Source: Bacteroidia bacterium (GTDB lineage: Bacteria; Bacteroidota; Bacteroidia; M30B66). Taken from it: a stretch of 64,000 bases of DNA. Below the pieces are notes generated by a model, which saw nothing but the letters and a program-made list of their open reading frames with translations, did not search any database and was not told the origin of the DNA. Shown here piece after piece: positions 41,278 to 51,423 of the stretch (positions are counted from its first letter, which is position 1; the number at the start of each line of letters is the position of its first letter). The position numbers and the translations under genes were made by a program. Where the stretch lies: the NCBI GenBank assembly GCA_965279035.1, contig OZ257142.1, forward strand, positions 2,432,001 through 2,496,000, read 5' to 3'.

Positions 41278-43062
41278 GTGACTCAACTGCTTAGTAAATC
41301 TGATTTTAAAGTTGCCCGCTCCTGTATGGTTAAACTTCTATACAAGAAAAAGGGCTTTCCATCGGAGAAAGATCGAAATCGTTTTTTGTCACTATTGGCA
41401 GATGCAGGAATGATGATTCATTCGATGGCTCGACTGTATTATCCAACCGGAATTTTTCCTCCTGATAATACAGATGAATTGGTTTGGCTTCAATCGCAAA
41501 TGAAGTGTGAAATGGTGACTTTGTTTGAAGCAAGTTTCGAAACACATAGTCGACATATACGTGTTGATATTCTAGAAAAAAAAGGAAATAAACTAGAAAT
41601 CGTTGAAATTAAATCGCGCGGGATTGATGTAGAAGAAATGAATGGAAATCCTCATCGAAGAAAGCGTGCAATATCGAAAATCAGAGAACTTATCGTTGAT
41701 CTTGCATTCCAGAAGTTAGTTATTGCTCAGCTTTATCCCGAATGTGATATTTCTTGCTCCTTAATTCTCCCAGATAAAAATCGAGTAAATCCTATTGATC
41801 GATTAGCCGATCGTTTTAAGATGGAACGAAGCATCGATTCTCAAGGACGAATAAAAATCGATGCAATTTATTCGGGAAATCCTCAAGAAGTAAAGGATGC
41901 AAATCTTTTGGTCAAAGTAAATGTGAGTGAAGAAGTGAATGCCGTATTACATGAAGTAGAAGCAGAAGCGATGAAACTAGAAATATTGCTGCATCAACCA
42001 GAATTAATTGAACCAGAAATCGGTTGTCATTGTCGCGATTGTGAATTTACTCTTGTTAACGAATCTTATTCTAAGAGCGGCTTTGAAACCTGTTGGAAGA
42101 CACATGCACACACCCAACCTCATATATTAGATTTGGGCCAATTGGGGAATGTGAATAGTGATGGACGAGTTGACGATTTAATAGCGCAGGGTTTTTCATC
42201 GTTAAATGAAGTTCCAGAGAAATGGTTAGAAGGAAAATGGGGCAATCGTCCTTGGTTGCAAAGAACACAAATGAAAGCCATGATGTTTTCTGGTTTTCAC
42301 AAAGCCGTTTCTGACATCATTTACCCCATCTTCTTTATTGATTTCGAAACAATTCAGCCTTCAATTCCACAATACAAAGGGATGAAGCCTTATCAGAAAA
42401 TTCTTTTTCAATGGAGTTGTCATCGTATGGATTCTCCTAATTCAGAACCTGTCCACTTCCATTGGCTTCATGACACCAAAGAAAAACCGAATCCAATTTT
42501 TCTCGCCGAATTAATCAAGATACTTGGAAATAAAGGAACAATAATGACCTGGAGTGCCTATGAACAAGGTGTTTTGAATGCGCTCAAAATGGAAGCAGAA
42601 ACAACCGCAATTCAACGTGATTGGATCCAAAAAGCAGTGCATCGAATCAGCGATATGAATCAATTGGCCATGAAATATTATTTCCATCCACAAACAGGCG
42701 GTCGGACATCAATTAAAGTAACATTGCCTGCTATCCTTCAACATCCAAATTCAGATAGAACATTTAAATGGTTAAAAGATCTAGGTGTTTTTGAATTAGA
42801 TGAACAAGGAACTATTATAAATCCATATAAATTGCTTCCAACAATTAATCTTCCCGGAATTGAAGGAAGTGTAAATGACGGATCAGCAGCTATGATAGCC
42901 TATCATTATTTACAACTCAGTTTGAATGATTCTCATCAAAAAGAATTTCAAGCATATCGATCCTCATTGCTTCAATACTGCGAATTGGATACACTTGCCA
43001 TGCTCATTATTTTTGAAGAATGGCTCTTGATGGAAGAAAGCGAAATGCCTCATTCAAATTAA
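41278..43062 (+). CDS. DUF2779-like protein: N-terminal PD-(D/E)XK nuclease-like domain plus C-terminal RNase H-like/DEDD domain
   Basis: LSKSDF, RVDIL...IVEIKS, CHCRDCEF, FFIDFET...PYQ..FQWS.H, SIKV.LP and YCELDTLAM motifs. Confidence 0.75.
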   Translation: MTQLLSKSDFKVARSCMVKLLYKKKGFPSEKDRNRFLSLLADAGMMIHSMARLYYPTGIFPPDNTDELVWLQSQMKCEMVTLFEASFETHSRHIRVDILEKKGNKLEIVEIKSRGIDVEEMNGNPHRRKRAISKIRELIVDLAFQKLVIAQLYPECDISCSLILPDKNRVNPIDRLADRFKMERSIDSQGRIKIDAIYSGNPQEVKDANLLVKVNVSEEVNAVLHEVEAEAMKLEILLHQPELIEPEIGCHCRDCEFTLVNESYSKSGFETCWKTHAHTQPHILDLGQLGNVNSDGRVDDLIAQGFSSLNEVPEKWLEGKWGNRPWLQRTQMKAMMFSGFHKAVSDIIYPIFFIDFETIQPSIPQYKGMKPYQKILFQWSCHRMDSPNSEPVHFHWLHDTKEKPNPIFLAELIKILGNKGTIMTWSAYEQGVLNALKMEAETTAIQRDWIQKAVHRISDMNQLAMKYYFHPQTGGRTSIKVTLPAILQHPNSDRTFKWLKDLGVFELDEQGTIINPYKLLPTINLPGIEGSVNDGSAAMIAYHYLQLSLNDSHQKEFQAYRSSLLQYCELDTLAMLIIFEEWLLMEESEMPHSN

Positions 43063-44345
43063 GCATCAGCACCAGCCGATGGATTAGGTTTGCTTGATCT
43101 GAATCGATCTTTCAGTTTCAAAAAAGGAGATTCGAAAAAGCGATAACTGATTTTTGAGAATGCAATGGTGCCAAATAAACACAGTAAAATTTGGGAAAGA
43201 AATACCCAAGGACTATCTACTGCCGGCTGCAATCCGAGTGTTTTAAATAGATAGAAGATTAGCCAAATCATGACTAAATGCCAGAGGTACAAACCGTAAG
43301 AAAGTTTACCCCAGGAGGATAGAATTTTGATTTTACCAAATTTGAAAAATGATTCTTCGGAATACTCCTGTTCTCCAATGATGAAAGCGAAAATGACTGA
43401 AAAAATTGCTGGTTCAATGGCTTGTACCCAATTCATGATTGGATAGAATTGAAAACTGTATGTCCGATCACGAATGATTATGAGTACAATGGCAGCTATG
43501 TATGGAAGTACAATTGATTTGCGTGGTAATGTTCTGAAGTAATTTCGGAGTTTGTCGGAATAAAATAAGCCATAAGCCAATAAAGCTCCCATGGTGATAT
43601 CCGATAAAATACTGAGTGTATGGAAACGAGTAACTAATACAGCGTGATTCCTGATTTCATTAAAGCGAGTAACAATTTCGGCTGGATGAGGATAGGAAGG
43701 ATCGCCTAATTTGTATGTATTGAAAAGATAAACAATTTCATTCCATTGATAAAAGCGAAAAGCAGCTGTAAAAATTAAAACACCAAATAAGGAGTAGATT
43801 AAAAATTTCCGTGGAACTAAAGCAATTAATAAAGGCCAGAAAATATAGAATTGTTCTTCAACCGAAATTGACCAAAGTACTGCCAATACTGGACTTGGAT
43901 AACCATTCATCGTGATATCGAAATTCACGAGGAAGCTTAAATAATATCCAATTCGATCATAAGGAATAAATGAATAAATAGCAGGAAATGGATTTGATTC
44001 AGGATGAATTTTTAGTAATCCAGGAAGCACTACAAATCCAACAAAAACTAAAACAAAATAGAGTGGCCAAATACGCAAAAAGCGTCTTGCATAAAATCCT
44101 CCAATATTTATTTTTCCAATGTCCTCGCGCTCTTGAAGCAATAAATTGGTAATTAAAAACCCACTTAAAGTGAAGAAGAAATTCACCCCTAAATCTCCAT
44201 TTTGAGCCAAAGACTCTTCAATCCAACGATACCAAGTAGATCCATTATAATACAAACCAAAACTGGTCATATGTAAACAGAATACCGAAAAGAAAGCAAA
44301 AAATCGTAGTGTATCAAGATGTTCGAAGTATCGTAATGGACGCAT
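43059..44345 (-). CDS. Acyltransferase-3 (OafA-like) membrane O-acyltransferase
   Basis: LDTLR, GVNFFF.LSGFLIT, RRFLRIWP, WSISVEEQFY and SYGLYLWH motifs; start ATG at 44345. Confidence 0.92.
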   Translation of the reverse strand: MRPLRYFEHLDTLRFFAFFSVFCLHMTSFGLYYNGSTWYRWIEESLAQNGDLGVNFFFTLSGFLITNLLLQEREDIGKINIGGFYARRFLRIWPLYFVLVFVGFVVLPGLLKIHPESNPFPAIYSFIPYDRIGYYLSFLVNFDITMNGYPSPVLAVLWSISVEEQFYIFWPLLIALVPRKFLIYSLFGVLIFTAAFRFYQWNEIVYLFNTYKLGDPSYPHPAEIVTRFNEIRNHAVLVTRFHTLSILSDITMGALLAYGLFYSDKLRNYFRTLPRKSIVLPYIAAIVLIIIRDRTYSFQFYPIMNWVQAIEPAIFSVIFAFIIGEQEYSEESFFKFGKIKILSSWGKLSYGLYLWHLVMIWLIFYLFKTLGLQPAVDSPWVFLSQILLCLFGTIAFSKISYRFFESPFLKLKDRFRSSKPNPSAGADA

Positions 44346-44453
44346 GATTTCGAATATTAGTGCTGGATTTAATTCGGAGATTTTGAGCGAATATATTATT
44401 TCTCGTAAAGGAAATCTGTTTAAAATAAAAAAGGAGCCCGAAAGCTCCAATTA

Positions 44454-46685
44454 TCAATCATGTTGAACAATAATTCGTTTAGATAAAACACGCGATTTAC
44501 TTTGTGTTTGCAACAAATAAACTCCATTTGCCCAAGTCGATACATCTAGTATTGTTTGAGATTGATTCAATTTCCCTTTCCATATCTGGCTTCCATCAAT
44601 CGAATAAATCGTCAACAAAGGATTTTCTTCCAACCATGCATTCGAGATTATGAGTGAAACCTTGTCTTGAATTGGATTAGGAAATATCTGTACTAGAAAT
44701 TCTTCGGGTAATAAATCTAAACTTGTTGGTCCAACACAAAATGTTAGTGAGTCGGAGAAATTGAAACTTCCACCGGTTCCAATTGAAATACCCAAGGTAT
44801 CGAAAACGGTATAAGAACCATTGCCGCTACTACCACAACAAATCCCATCACCATAACCATCATGCATTCTCAATACATAACATCCGTTTGCCAAACACAA
44901 ATTAACATTTGTTGTTCCTAGAGTCACAGAACCAAGCGACTCTTGTGCAATGACTTGATTTGTTGTTTTATTAATTATTTCCCAAGAAGTTTCTTCTGGA
45001 TAATCATCAGAAATTAATTCAAAACGATATCCCGCCCCTACTTTATTATTTACAGTCATGCTCAATGAATTGTTCCACGTTTGATCATCGGCTATTCCAT
45101 TAGCTAAATTGACTGCTACATCGAATTGTTGACCAGCACCACTATTCATTAAAATGCTTGGAAGAGTTACATCTACGACTTGATTATAGGCCATACTTCC
45201 ACTCCAATTAAAGGTTTGAAGAGATCCTCCCGCAAATTGATAATTGAGTGTAAAGCTTGTCAACGTGGTTAAACCACTATTGCGAACACGCACCACTGGT
45301 ACAAATGAACTTTCATTACAATACTCAGCAACAGGAGAAAGAATGCTTTGTAAACGTGCATCCAACGCAAAGGCCGGAACACTTGCTTCCATTCCACTTA
45401 CAGTCATTGAATCTGTGTTATTTGGATCGAGCCAATCTTTTAATCGCACATTGGCACTAGCTCCATCCCATGAGGTAACAAATCTTCCGAAATTATCATT
45501 TACATTATTACTGCATGTTGCATCACCACCGAAAAGTTGCCCAATAATTTGGTGATTTTCATTATACAAAGGAGATCCAGAAGAACCTGGTTCAGTTGTT
45601 CCGTCTTCCCAATCTGGAATGTTCCAACAATCTGCGTTACTCCAAGTATTTATTCCTGTAACACCTGTATTAAATGATATTTTCTCTACATCACCATCGG
45701 GATGATGAATACATATTGCTTGAGCTGGAGGCGTGTTTTGACGTGACCAGCCAGATAAATACGCCGAATATTCAGCTGGTATTTCAGAAGTTAATTCAAC
45801 CAAACAAAAATCAGAGCCTGCATTGTTTGCTCTTCGGATGCAACCTTGAACAACATCGGTTGTTGGGCCATCGGTTGTTGGGGAGCATGTAGGACTTTTA
45901 TAATTGAACAAGAATATATCTGTATTTCCTGGATCACAATGGTTGGCAGTTAATATATACGGAGTGCCATCGTGAAGTGTATTGTCTACGGCAGCTCCTG
46001 AACAATAGCGTGAATTATTGGATGTTAATAAGACAACACTTGAACGGATTTGATTCGCCCAAGCATCGCCTTCGGGACAAACCACATTGTTATTACATGA
46101 ACCAGAAGTATTGAAGTCTTTGAGCGATTTAGCAAAATCACGATATCCATGAATGATGTAACTCAGGTGTAGTTTTCCTTGTCCTACAACTGAAGCTGGC
46201 TCGCTGTATTCAATCACTACTTGATCACCTCGAACAGGAAGTGTTGCAAAATTGCCAAGAACATTTTCGTTTGCTTCTGAAAATGCACCTCGAACTTGAG
46301 ATCCATCAATCGAATAAACAAACAACTTGGCTCCCGAAGGAACGTCGTATTGATCGAAAATGAAGTTGATGTTTGTTGCTCCGTTTGATTTAATCAACAA
46401 TTGCCAAACATGAGTTCCATTGGGCAAAACAGTTGAAGAACCATGTGTTAAAGGAGAAATATCTACAGGAACATCTTTCCCAAAACGAAGCGACTTTTCC
46501 CCTTGAGATTGGAGTAAAGCGTCTTCTTCTAATAAGATTGAATTTTGAATGGGAGATAATTTAAAAACAGCTGGAGCAGGTATATTTTGCTTACCTAATC
46601 CAAACGGCTTTCCGCCTAATTGAGGTTGGGCAACTGCTATTAAAGCAATGCTCAAACCCAGAAATGTTGAGTAGATTTTTTTCAT
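44454..46685 (-). CDS. Secreted lysyl-endopeptidase-like (trypsin-fold) serine protease with T9SS CTD
   Basis: CSGA, LTANHC, SDF.LVEL, IHHP.GD..KIS and TEPGSSGSPL motifs; FPNP CTD; TATATTTG at 46705-46712. Confidence 0.9.
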   Translation of the reverse strand: MKKIYSTFLGLSIALIAVAQPQLGGKPFGLGKQNIPAPAVFKLSPIQNSILLEEDALLQSQGEKSLRFGKDVPVDISPLTHGSSTVLPNGTHVWQLLIKSNGATNINFIFDQYDVPSGAKLFVYSIDGSQVRGAFSEANENVLGNFATLPVRGDQVVIEYSEPASVVGQGKLHLSYIIHGYRDFAKSLKDFNTSGSCNNNVVCPEGDAWANQIRSSVVLLTSNNSRYCSGAAVDNTLHDGTPYILTANHCDPGNTDIFLFNYKSPTCSPTTDGPTTDVVQGCIRRANNAGSDFCLVELTSEIPAEYSAYLSGWSRQNTPPAQAICIHHPDGDVEKISFNTGVTGINTWSNADCWNIPDWEDGTTEPGSSGSPLYNENHQIIGQLFGGDATCSNNVNDNFGRFVTSWDGASANVRLKDWLDPNNTDSMTVSGMEASVPAFALDARLQSILSPVAEYCNESSFVPVVRVRNSGLTTLTSFTLNYQFAGGSLQTFNWSGSMAYNQVVDVTLPSILMNSGAGQQFDVAVNLANGIADDQTWNNSLSMTVNNKVGAGYRFELISDDYPEETSWEIINKTTNQVIAQESLGSVTLGTTNVNLCLANGCYVLRMHDGYGDGICCGSSGNGSYTVFDTLGISIGTGGSFNFSDSLTFCVGPTSLDLLPEEFLVQIFPNPIQDKVSLIISNAWLEENPLLTIYSIDGSQIWKGKLNQSQTILDVSTWANGVYLLQTQSKSRVLSKRIIVQHD

Positions 46686-46769
46686 TTGGTTGAGATGGTT
46701 ATTGCAAATATAGATTCTCTCACCTTAAATTCTATGTACTGACATTAAAATGAGTTGAAACACGAGATT

Positions 46770-47558
46770 TCAATCATCAAATTCTTCTGCTAAAATCTCT
46801 CTTAATTGTTTTGGGGTGATGTTGGTTTTTAATGCTCCATTACGTGCAATTGAGATTTCGCCCGTTTGTTCCGAAACAGCTATAGATATGGCATCCGATT
46901 GTTCGGAAATTCCAACAGCTGCACGATGTCTTAATCCTAATTGAAATGGAAAGACTGTATTTTCAGTCAATGGCAATACACATTTTGCAGCCTTTACACG
47001 ATTATTCGAAATAATAACAGCACCATCATGCAAAGGATTATTCTTGAAAAAGATCGACTCCAATATGTTCGCAGTTATCTCGGAATCAAGACGTTCTCCA
47101 GTATTTGCATAATACTTCAAATCCGATTTACGACTAATCACAATCAATGCTCCGGTATGCTGCAATGCCATCTTCTGACAAGCTGTTACAATTGATTCGT
47201 AGTTTAAGCTACCATATGCTGCTGAATTCAATCCTGAAAAGCCTTTAAAGTTTTCTTTGTTGAAGATTCCGCGAGAACCAACCATCAATAAAAACCGACG
47301 AAGTTCCTGTTGAAATACAATAATGAGTGCTATGACTCCAACTCCAATAAATTGTCCGAGGATTGTTGCTAGTAGCTGCATATTGAGCGCTTTAACAAGC
47401 AACCAAAGCAGATAAAATAAAAGAATTCCAAAGAAAATGCTAACAGCACTTGTCCCTCTTACTAAACTATACAATTGATAGAGTAAAATGGCTACAATGA
47501 CGATATCCACAATATCGAGCCAGCGTAGAGTAATAAAAAAGGAAATCAGCAATTGCAT
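46770..47558 (-). CDS. cdaA: Diadenylate cyclase (CdaA/DacA)
   Basis: Three N-terminal TM helices; FQQELRR, PLHDGA, GLRHRAA and VSEQTG motifs. Confidence 0.93.
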   Translation of the reverse strand: MQLLISFFITLRWLDIVDIVIVAILLYQLYSLVRGTSAVSIFFGILLFYLLWLLVKALNMQLLATILGQFIGVGVIALIIVFQQELRRFLLMVGSRGIFNKENFKGFSGLNSAAYGSLNYESIVTACQKMALQHTGALIVISRKSDLKYYANTGERLDSEITANILESIFFKNNPLHDGAVIISNNRVKAAKCVLPLTENTVFPFQLGLRHRAAVGISEQSDAISIAVSEQTGEISIARNGALKTNITPKQLREILAEEFDD

Positions 47559-47599
47559 GAGGACAAATGTAAGGAAGCTCGCTTAGCCCGCGTACTCTA

Positions 47600-48475
47600 T
47601 TATTTGACAGAACGAATCATTTCCAAAATCCGAATAGCTTCAACAGCAGGTTTTACATCATGAACACGAAGAATTTGTGCACCTTTTTGAAGAGCTATGG
47701 TATGTAAAACGGTTGATCCATTTAAGGCTTCATCTGCTTTAACATTGAATAAACGTGTAACCATTGACTTTCTGGAAACACCAACTAATAAAGGAACCTT
47801 AAGCTTATGAAATACATCCAATTTATTCAATAACTGATAATTATGCTCTAAGTTTTTCCCAAATCCAAACCCAGGATCAACAATAACATCCTCTACTCCT
47901 ATTTGCCTAAGTGTTTCCAAGCTTTGAAGTAATTCGTGAAAGACCTCATAAACGACATCTTTATATGTTGGATTTTGTTGCATAGAATCAGGACGACCTT
48001 GCATATGCATGAGAATATAGGGAACTTTCAATTCAGCAATCGTCGAAAACATAGCTGTATCAATCTTTCCAGCCGAAATATCATTGATTAAATCTGCACC
48101 CGATTCAACTGCCCAACGTGCCACTTGAGCATGGTAGGTATCTACTGAAATAATACTTGTAGGAAACTCCTTTCGCACAGCCGTAATAGCAGGTTGCAAA
48201 CGTTTCCACTCATCATCTGCCTCAGAAATTAAAGCACCCGGCCGACTTGAACTCGCGCCTAAATCTAAAAACTGAGCTCCTTCTTGTATGTGACGACTGG
48301 CTAATTGAAGTAAACTCGCATCTGAAACACGACTTCCGGCAAAAAAGGAGTCATCGTTAATATTAATTATGCCCATAACACAGGGCTTATCGAAGGAAAA
48401 TGGCTTTCCTTGAATCCGAATGCTGTGGATTTCGGGGGATGATGTTAATTTCGTGCCCTTGATTCTAGTTTCCAT
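47600..48475 (-). CDS. folP: Dihydropteroate synthase
   Basis: MGIIN..DSF, SSRPG, SVDT, INDISAG, MHMQG, DPGFGFGK, GVSRKS and RVHDV motifs. Nearest in-frame ATG upstream of the conserved region is 48475. Confidence 0.93.
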   Translation of the reverse strand: METRIKGTKLTSSPEIHSIRIQGKPFSFDKPCVMGIININDDSFFAGSRVSDASLLQLASRHIQEGAQFLDLGASSSRPGALISEADDEWKRLQPAITAVRKEFPTSIISVDTYHAQVARWAVESGADLINDISAGKIDTAMFSTIAELKVPYILMHMQGRPDSMQQNPTYKDVVYEVFHELLQSLETLRQIGVEDVIVDPGFGFGKNLEHNYQLLNKLDVFHKLKVPLLVGVSRKSMVTRLFNVKADEALNGSTVLHTIALQKGAQILRVHDVKPAVEAIRILEMIRSVK

Positions 48476-49019
48476 GCAACAAACATCGGCACAATTCGAC
48501 GCAGTCATTCAACGATGCAAAGATATTTTTCTCAAAAAGAACACCGATTACGGTACTTCTTGGCGGATTTTTCGGATTTCATCAATAACTGATCAGCTTT
48601 TCATCAAAGCAAGTCGCATTAGAGGTATCGAAACCAAAGGAATGCACCTCGTGGAAGAAGGCATTGAACCTGAGTTTGTTGGAATCGTGAATTACTCTTT
48701 GATGGGATTGATTCAAATGAAATTAGGTTCAAATACAGAATTGGAATTAAGCAGAGAACGTTCTGAACAACTTTATGATCAAACGGTAGCTGAAGTAAAA
48801 GCTCTTATGATGCAGAAAAACCATGATTATGGTGAAGCTTGGCGCGATATGCGGGTTAGTTCTTTTACTGATATGATCCTAGTTCGACTCATGCGTATTA
48901 AACAAATGGAAGATAATCAAGGTGCTACACTTATTTCTGAAGGCATTGATGCCAATTACATGGACATGATCAATTACGCTATTTTTGCACTCATTAAAAT
49001 CTCAGAAAACGAGGCGTGA
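48474..49019 (+). CDS. DUF1599 (nucleotide-modification-associated domain) protein with an internal duplication
   Basis: KNTDYGTSWR and KNHDYGEAWR repeats; likely start MQQT at 48474. Confidence 0.85.
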   Translation: MQQTSAQFDAVIQRCKDIFLKKNTDYGTSWRIFRISSITDQLFIKASRIRGIETKGMHLVEEGIEPEFVGIVNYSLMGLIQMKLGSNTELELSRERSEQLYDQTVAEVKALMMQKNHDYGEAWRDMRVSSFTDMILVRLMRIKQMEDNQGATLISEGIDANYMDMINYAIFALIKISENEA

Positions 49020-49065
49020 TATTTGCCAATCTGCGCCGCTTTTTTAAAAAATTACGAATTCTAGT

Positions 49066-50205
49066 ATGAAGTACCTCGTTCATCTTTGTCGCACACTTGT
49101 TGGCGTTCTTTTCATAATTTCTGGCTTAATCAAATCGAACGATACCATTGGTTTCGCCTATAAACTCGAAGAATATTACCAAGTTTTTGGTACAGAGTTT
49201 TTGATTTCATCGGCTGTATATCAAGCAATGGCTATTTGCATTGTTGAAGTAGTTTTAGGTGTCATGTTATTATTAGGATACCGTAAAAAACTCACTCTGT
49301 TTCTCTTAATGGCAATGATTGTGTTTTTCACTTTCCTAACATTTTACTCAGCCTACTTCAACAAAGTAACCGATTGCGGATGTTTTGGAGATGCGCTTCA
49401 CCTTACTCCTTGGCAATCTTTCGGAAAAGATGTTGCTCTTTTGATTTTGATATCAGTCCTTGTTGTTGGCAGCAAACACATTCAACAATTATTCAGCAAT
49501 AAAGTAACACTCGGCATTCTCTCAATTGCCTTGATTCTCAATATTGCATTCCCAATTTATACATACAATTATTTACCGGTGAAGGATTTCCGTCCTTATG
49601 CTATTGGCAACGATATCATTGAACAAATGAATGGTGGTCGCCCCGGGAAATTCGATACACGTTTTGTTTATAAAAATCTTCAAACCGGAAAGGATGAAGA
49701 AATGGCTAAACCGCCTTATACTGATACGATTAACTGGGAAATCGATACGTTAAAATGGAAGTTTGTCGATACAAAACAAATAGTTCTCGATCCAGGTGAG
49801 CAAGCTCCAATTCACGATTTCAGTATTAGCAGTGTCGAAGGTTCAGAATTCACTGATGATTTCTTAAAACACGACAGTCTGCATTTCTTCCTTGTTAGTT
49901 ATGATTTAACAAAAGCAGATCGAGGCGTACAACCTCAAATTAATGCATTCGCGCAAGCTTGTGAGAAAAACGGAATTCCATTCATCGGCTTATCTTCTAG
50001 CACACCTGAAGCAATCGACGAATTCCGCCACGAAGTACAAGCTCCTTACGATTACTACATTACCGACGCCACCCAACTAAAAACCATGATCCGCTCCAAT
50101 CCAGGACTCATGTTACTAAAAGGCTCTAAAGTCCTTGACATGTGGCATTATCACAGCTTTCCAAGCTTTGAAGATTTTAGAAAGAAATATCCTTCAAATA
50201 AGTGA
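49066..50205 (+). CDS. BT_3928-family DoxX/MauE-like membrane protein
   Basis: LFIISG.IK.ND..GF.YKL.EY, DCGCFGDA, DFRPY.IG and LKTMIRSNPG motifs. Confidence 0.85.
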   Translation: MKYLVHLCRTLVGVLFIISGLIKSNDTIGFAYKLEEYYQVFGTEFLISSAVYQAMAICIVEVVLGVMLLLGYRKKLTLFLLMAMIVFFTFLTFYSAYFNKVTDCGCFGDALHLTPWQSFGKDVALLILISVLVVGSKHIQQLFSNKVTLGILSIALILNIAFPIYTYNYLPVKDFRPYAIGNDIIEQMNGGRPGKFDTRFVYKNLQTGKDEEMAKPPYTDTINWEIDTLKWKFVDTKQIVLDPGEQAPIHDFSISSVEGSEFTDDFLKHDSLHFFLVSYDLTKADRGVQPQINAFAQACEKNGIPFIGLSSSTPEAIDEFRHEVQAPYDYYITDATQLKTMIRSNPGLMLLKGSKVLDMWHYHSFPSFEDFRKKYPSNK

Positions 50206-50230
50206 TGTGTATTCTAGGACTTATGCAAGT

Positions 50231-51211
50231 CTATGCAGCGTATTTTTTTAGATCAACATAGGGTGTTTTTCTTTTTACGACAGCAAATACTCTTGATACA
50301 AGTTTGTTTTTGACTGCATTGAGTGCACAATTATAATGTTTTCCTTCCTGGATTTTACGCTCCATATATTCTCTCATTTCGGTGTTATTTAATACTGCCG
50401 AACGCGCCGCCATTGTTAATACTCCATTGATTTTTCGATTTGATCTTCTATCGGTTTGTGTTTTCCCTTTTATGGATGTTCCTGATGATTTTTCGAATGG
50501 AGCTATTCCACTATAACATGCATATTGACGAGCATTGTCGAAGTATTCAAAGCCATTTGTTGTGGCGATTAAATACCAACTCGACACTGGTCCAACTCCT
50601 TTTATAGATTGAACTAATTCGTCGATTTGACGAAGATTATCATCTGACTTTATCAATGATTTGATTTCCTCTTCTACCAGTTTAAGTTTATCGTTAAAGG
50701 TCTTTAACAGATCCGTTTCGATTTGAAAAACTATATCTACACCAGTGGTTTTTGATGAGTTCTTAAGTCTGTTTTTGATGCCTATCTTCTCTTTTTCCAG
50801 ATGCGAACGCATACTCAAGAGCTTTCTCAGCTGCGCTACAGCACTCTTTGATAGTACCGTTGGGCTAAGCTGTTCTGCATGTAATGCAATGAAATTTGCG
50901 ATTCTTTGGGAGTCTATCTTATCATTTTTGCCTCGCTGAAGTCCAATAGAATACTTAATGTTTAAGGAGGATTCCATGTAAAAACAGATCTTCTTTTCAC
51001 TCAAAAACACAGATAAATCCTCGCTATAAATACCCGTATGCTCAAAGCAAATGGCCATCGATTTTACACTCACTTTCAACTGCTTTAACCAAGCAAGCAT
51101 CAGTGTATAACCATCGATATCATTGCTAAAGACGTTGTGCTGAGATTGATTATGTAAATAAACATCCAGCGTTAATTTTGACACATCAATGCCAATAAAG
51201 TTCTTCTTCAT
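50231..51211 (-). CDS. IS110-family transposase/recombinase (DEDD RuvC-like domain plus Tnp serine domain)
   Basis: GIDVSK, FEHTG, KNDKID, SIKGVG, YSGIAP..KSSG and A.KNKL motifs; intact 326 aa. Confidence 0.95.
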   Translation of the reverse strand: MKKNFIGIDVSKLTLDVYLHNQSQHNVFSNDIDGYTLMLAWLKQLKVSVKSMAICFEHTGIYSEDLSVFLSEKKICFYMESSLNIKYSIGLQRGKNDKIDSQRIANFIALHAEQLSPTVLSKSAVAQLRKLLSMRSHLEKEKIGIKNRLKNSSKTTGVDIVFQIETDLLKTFNDKLKLVEEEIKSLIKSDDNLRQIDELVQSIKGVGPVSSWYLIATTNGFEYFDNARQYACYSGIAPFEKSSGTSIKGKTQTDRRSNRKINGVLTMAARSAVLNNTEMREYMERKIQEGKHYNCALNAVKNKLVSRVFAVVKRKTPYVDLKKYAA

Positions 51212-51225
51212 ACTTTTGTTTTTAA

Positions 51226-51410
51226 GTGTTGCTCTTGGCTAAAACCTTTAATAGATCTCGAAGTCTAAAATTCTAGCTGGCCATTAACAACATGGTTAAA
51301 GGAAACGGGGACTCATACACACCTTAGGGATTTAAAGACCTAGCTGATGAGATAGTTCACCCCGTTTCTTTGTTTATTTTCAGTCAAGATATCTCAACTA
51401 AAATAATAGT
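51226..51410 (-). ncRNA. Predicted IS110 bridge RNA (5' stem-loop, target-binding loop, donor-binding loop)
   Basis: Three nested stems seen by eye; loop sequences match the flanking target and the reconstructed circle junction (see findings). Boundaries are approximate. Confidence 0.8.
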
Positions 51411-51423
51411 GCAAGTCTAAAGG

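Larger units (their letters stand above)
50209..51422 (-). mobile_element. Complete IS110-family insertion sequence (about 1214 bp)
   Basis: Transposase plus ~210-nt upstream non-coding end. Ends are defined by donor half-sites ATTCTAG (50211-50217) and TAAAG (51418-51422). Removing the element restores a continuous GATGTGCT repeat. Confidence 0.88.

Noticed and set aside
41278-43062. Calling the DUF2779-like gene cas4
   Set aside because: It is much longer than Cas4, has an extra exonuclease-like domain, and has no cas1/cas2 or array nearby.
50203-50209. TGATGTG on both sides of the IS as a target-site duplication
   Set aside because: The right copy is offset by the core and is simply the next unit of the pre-existing 8-bp repeat; IS110 elements do not make such duplications.
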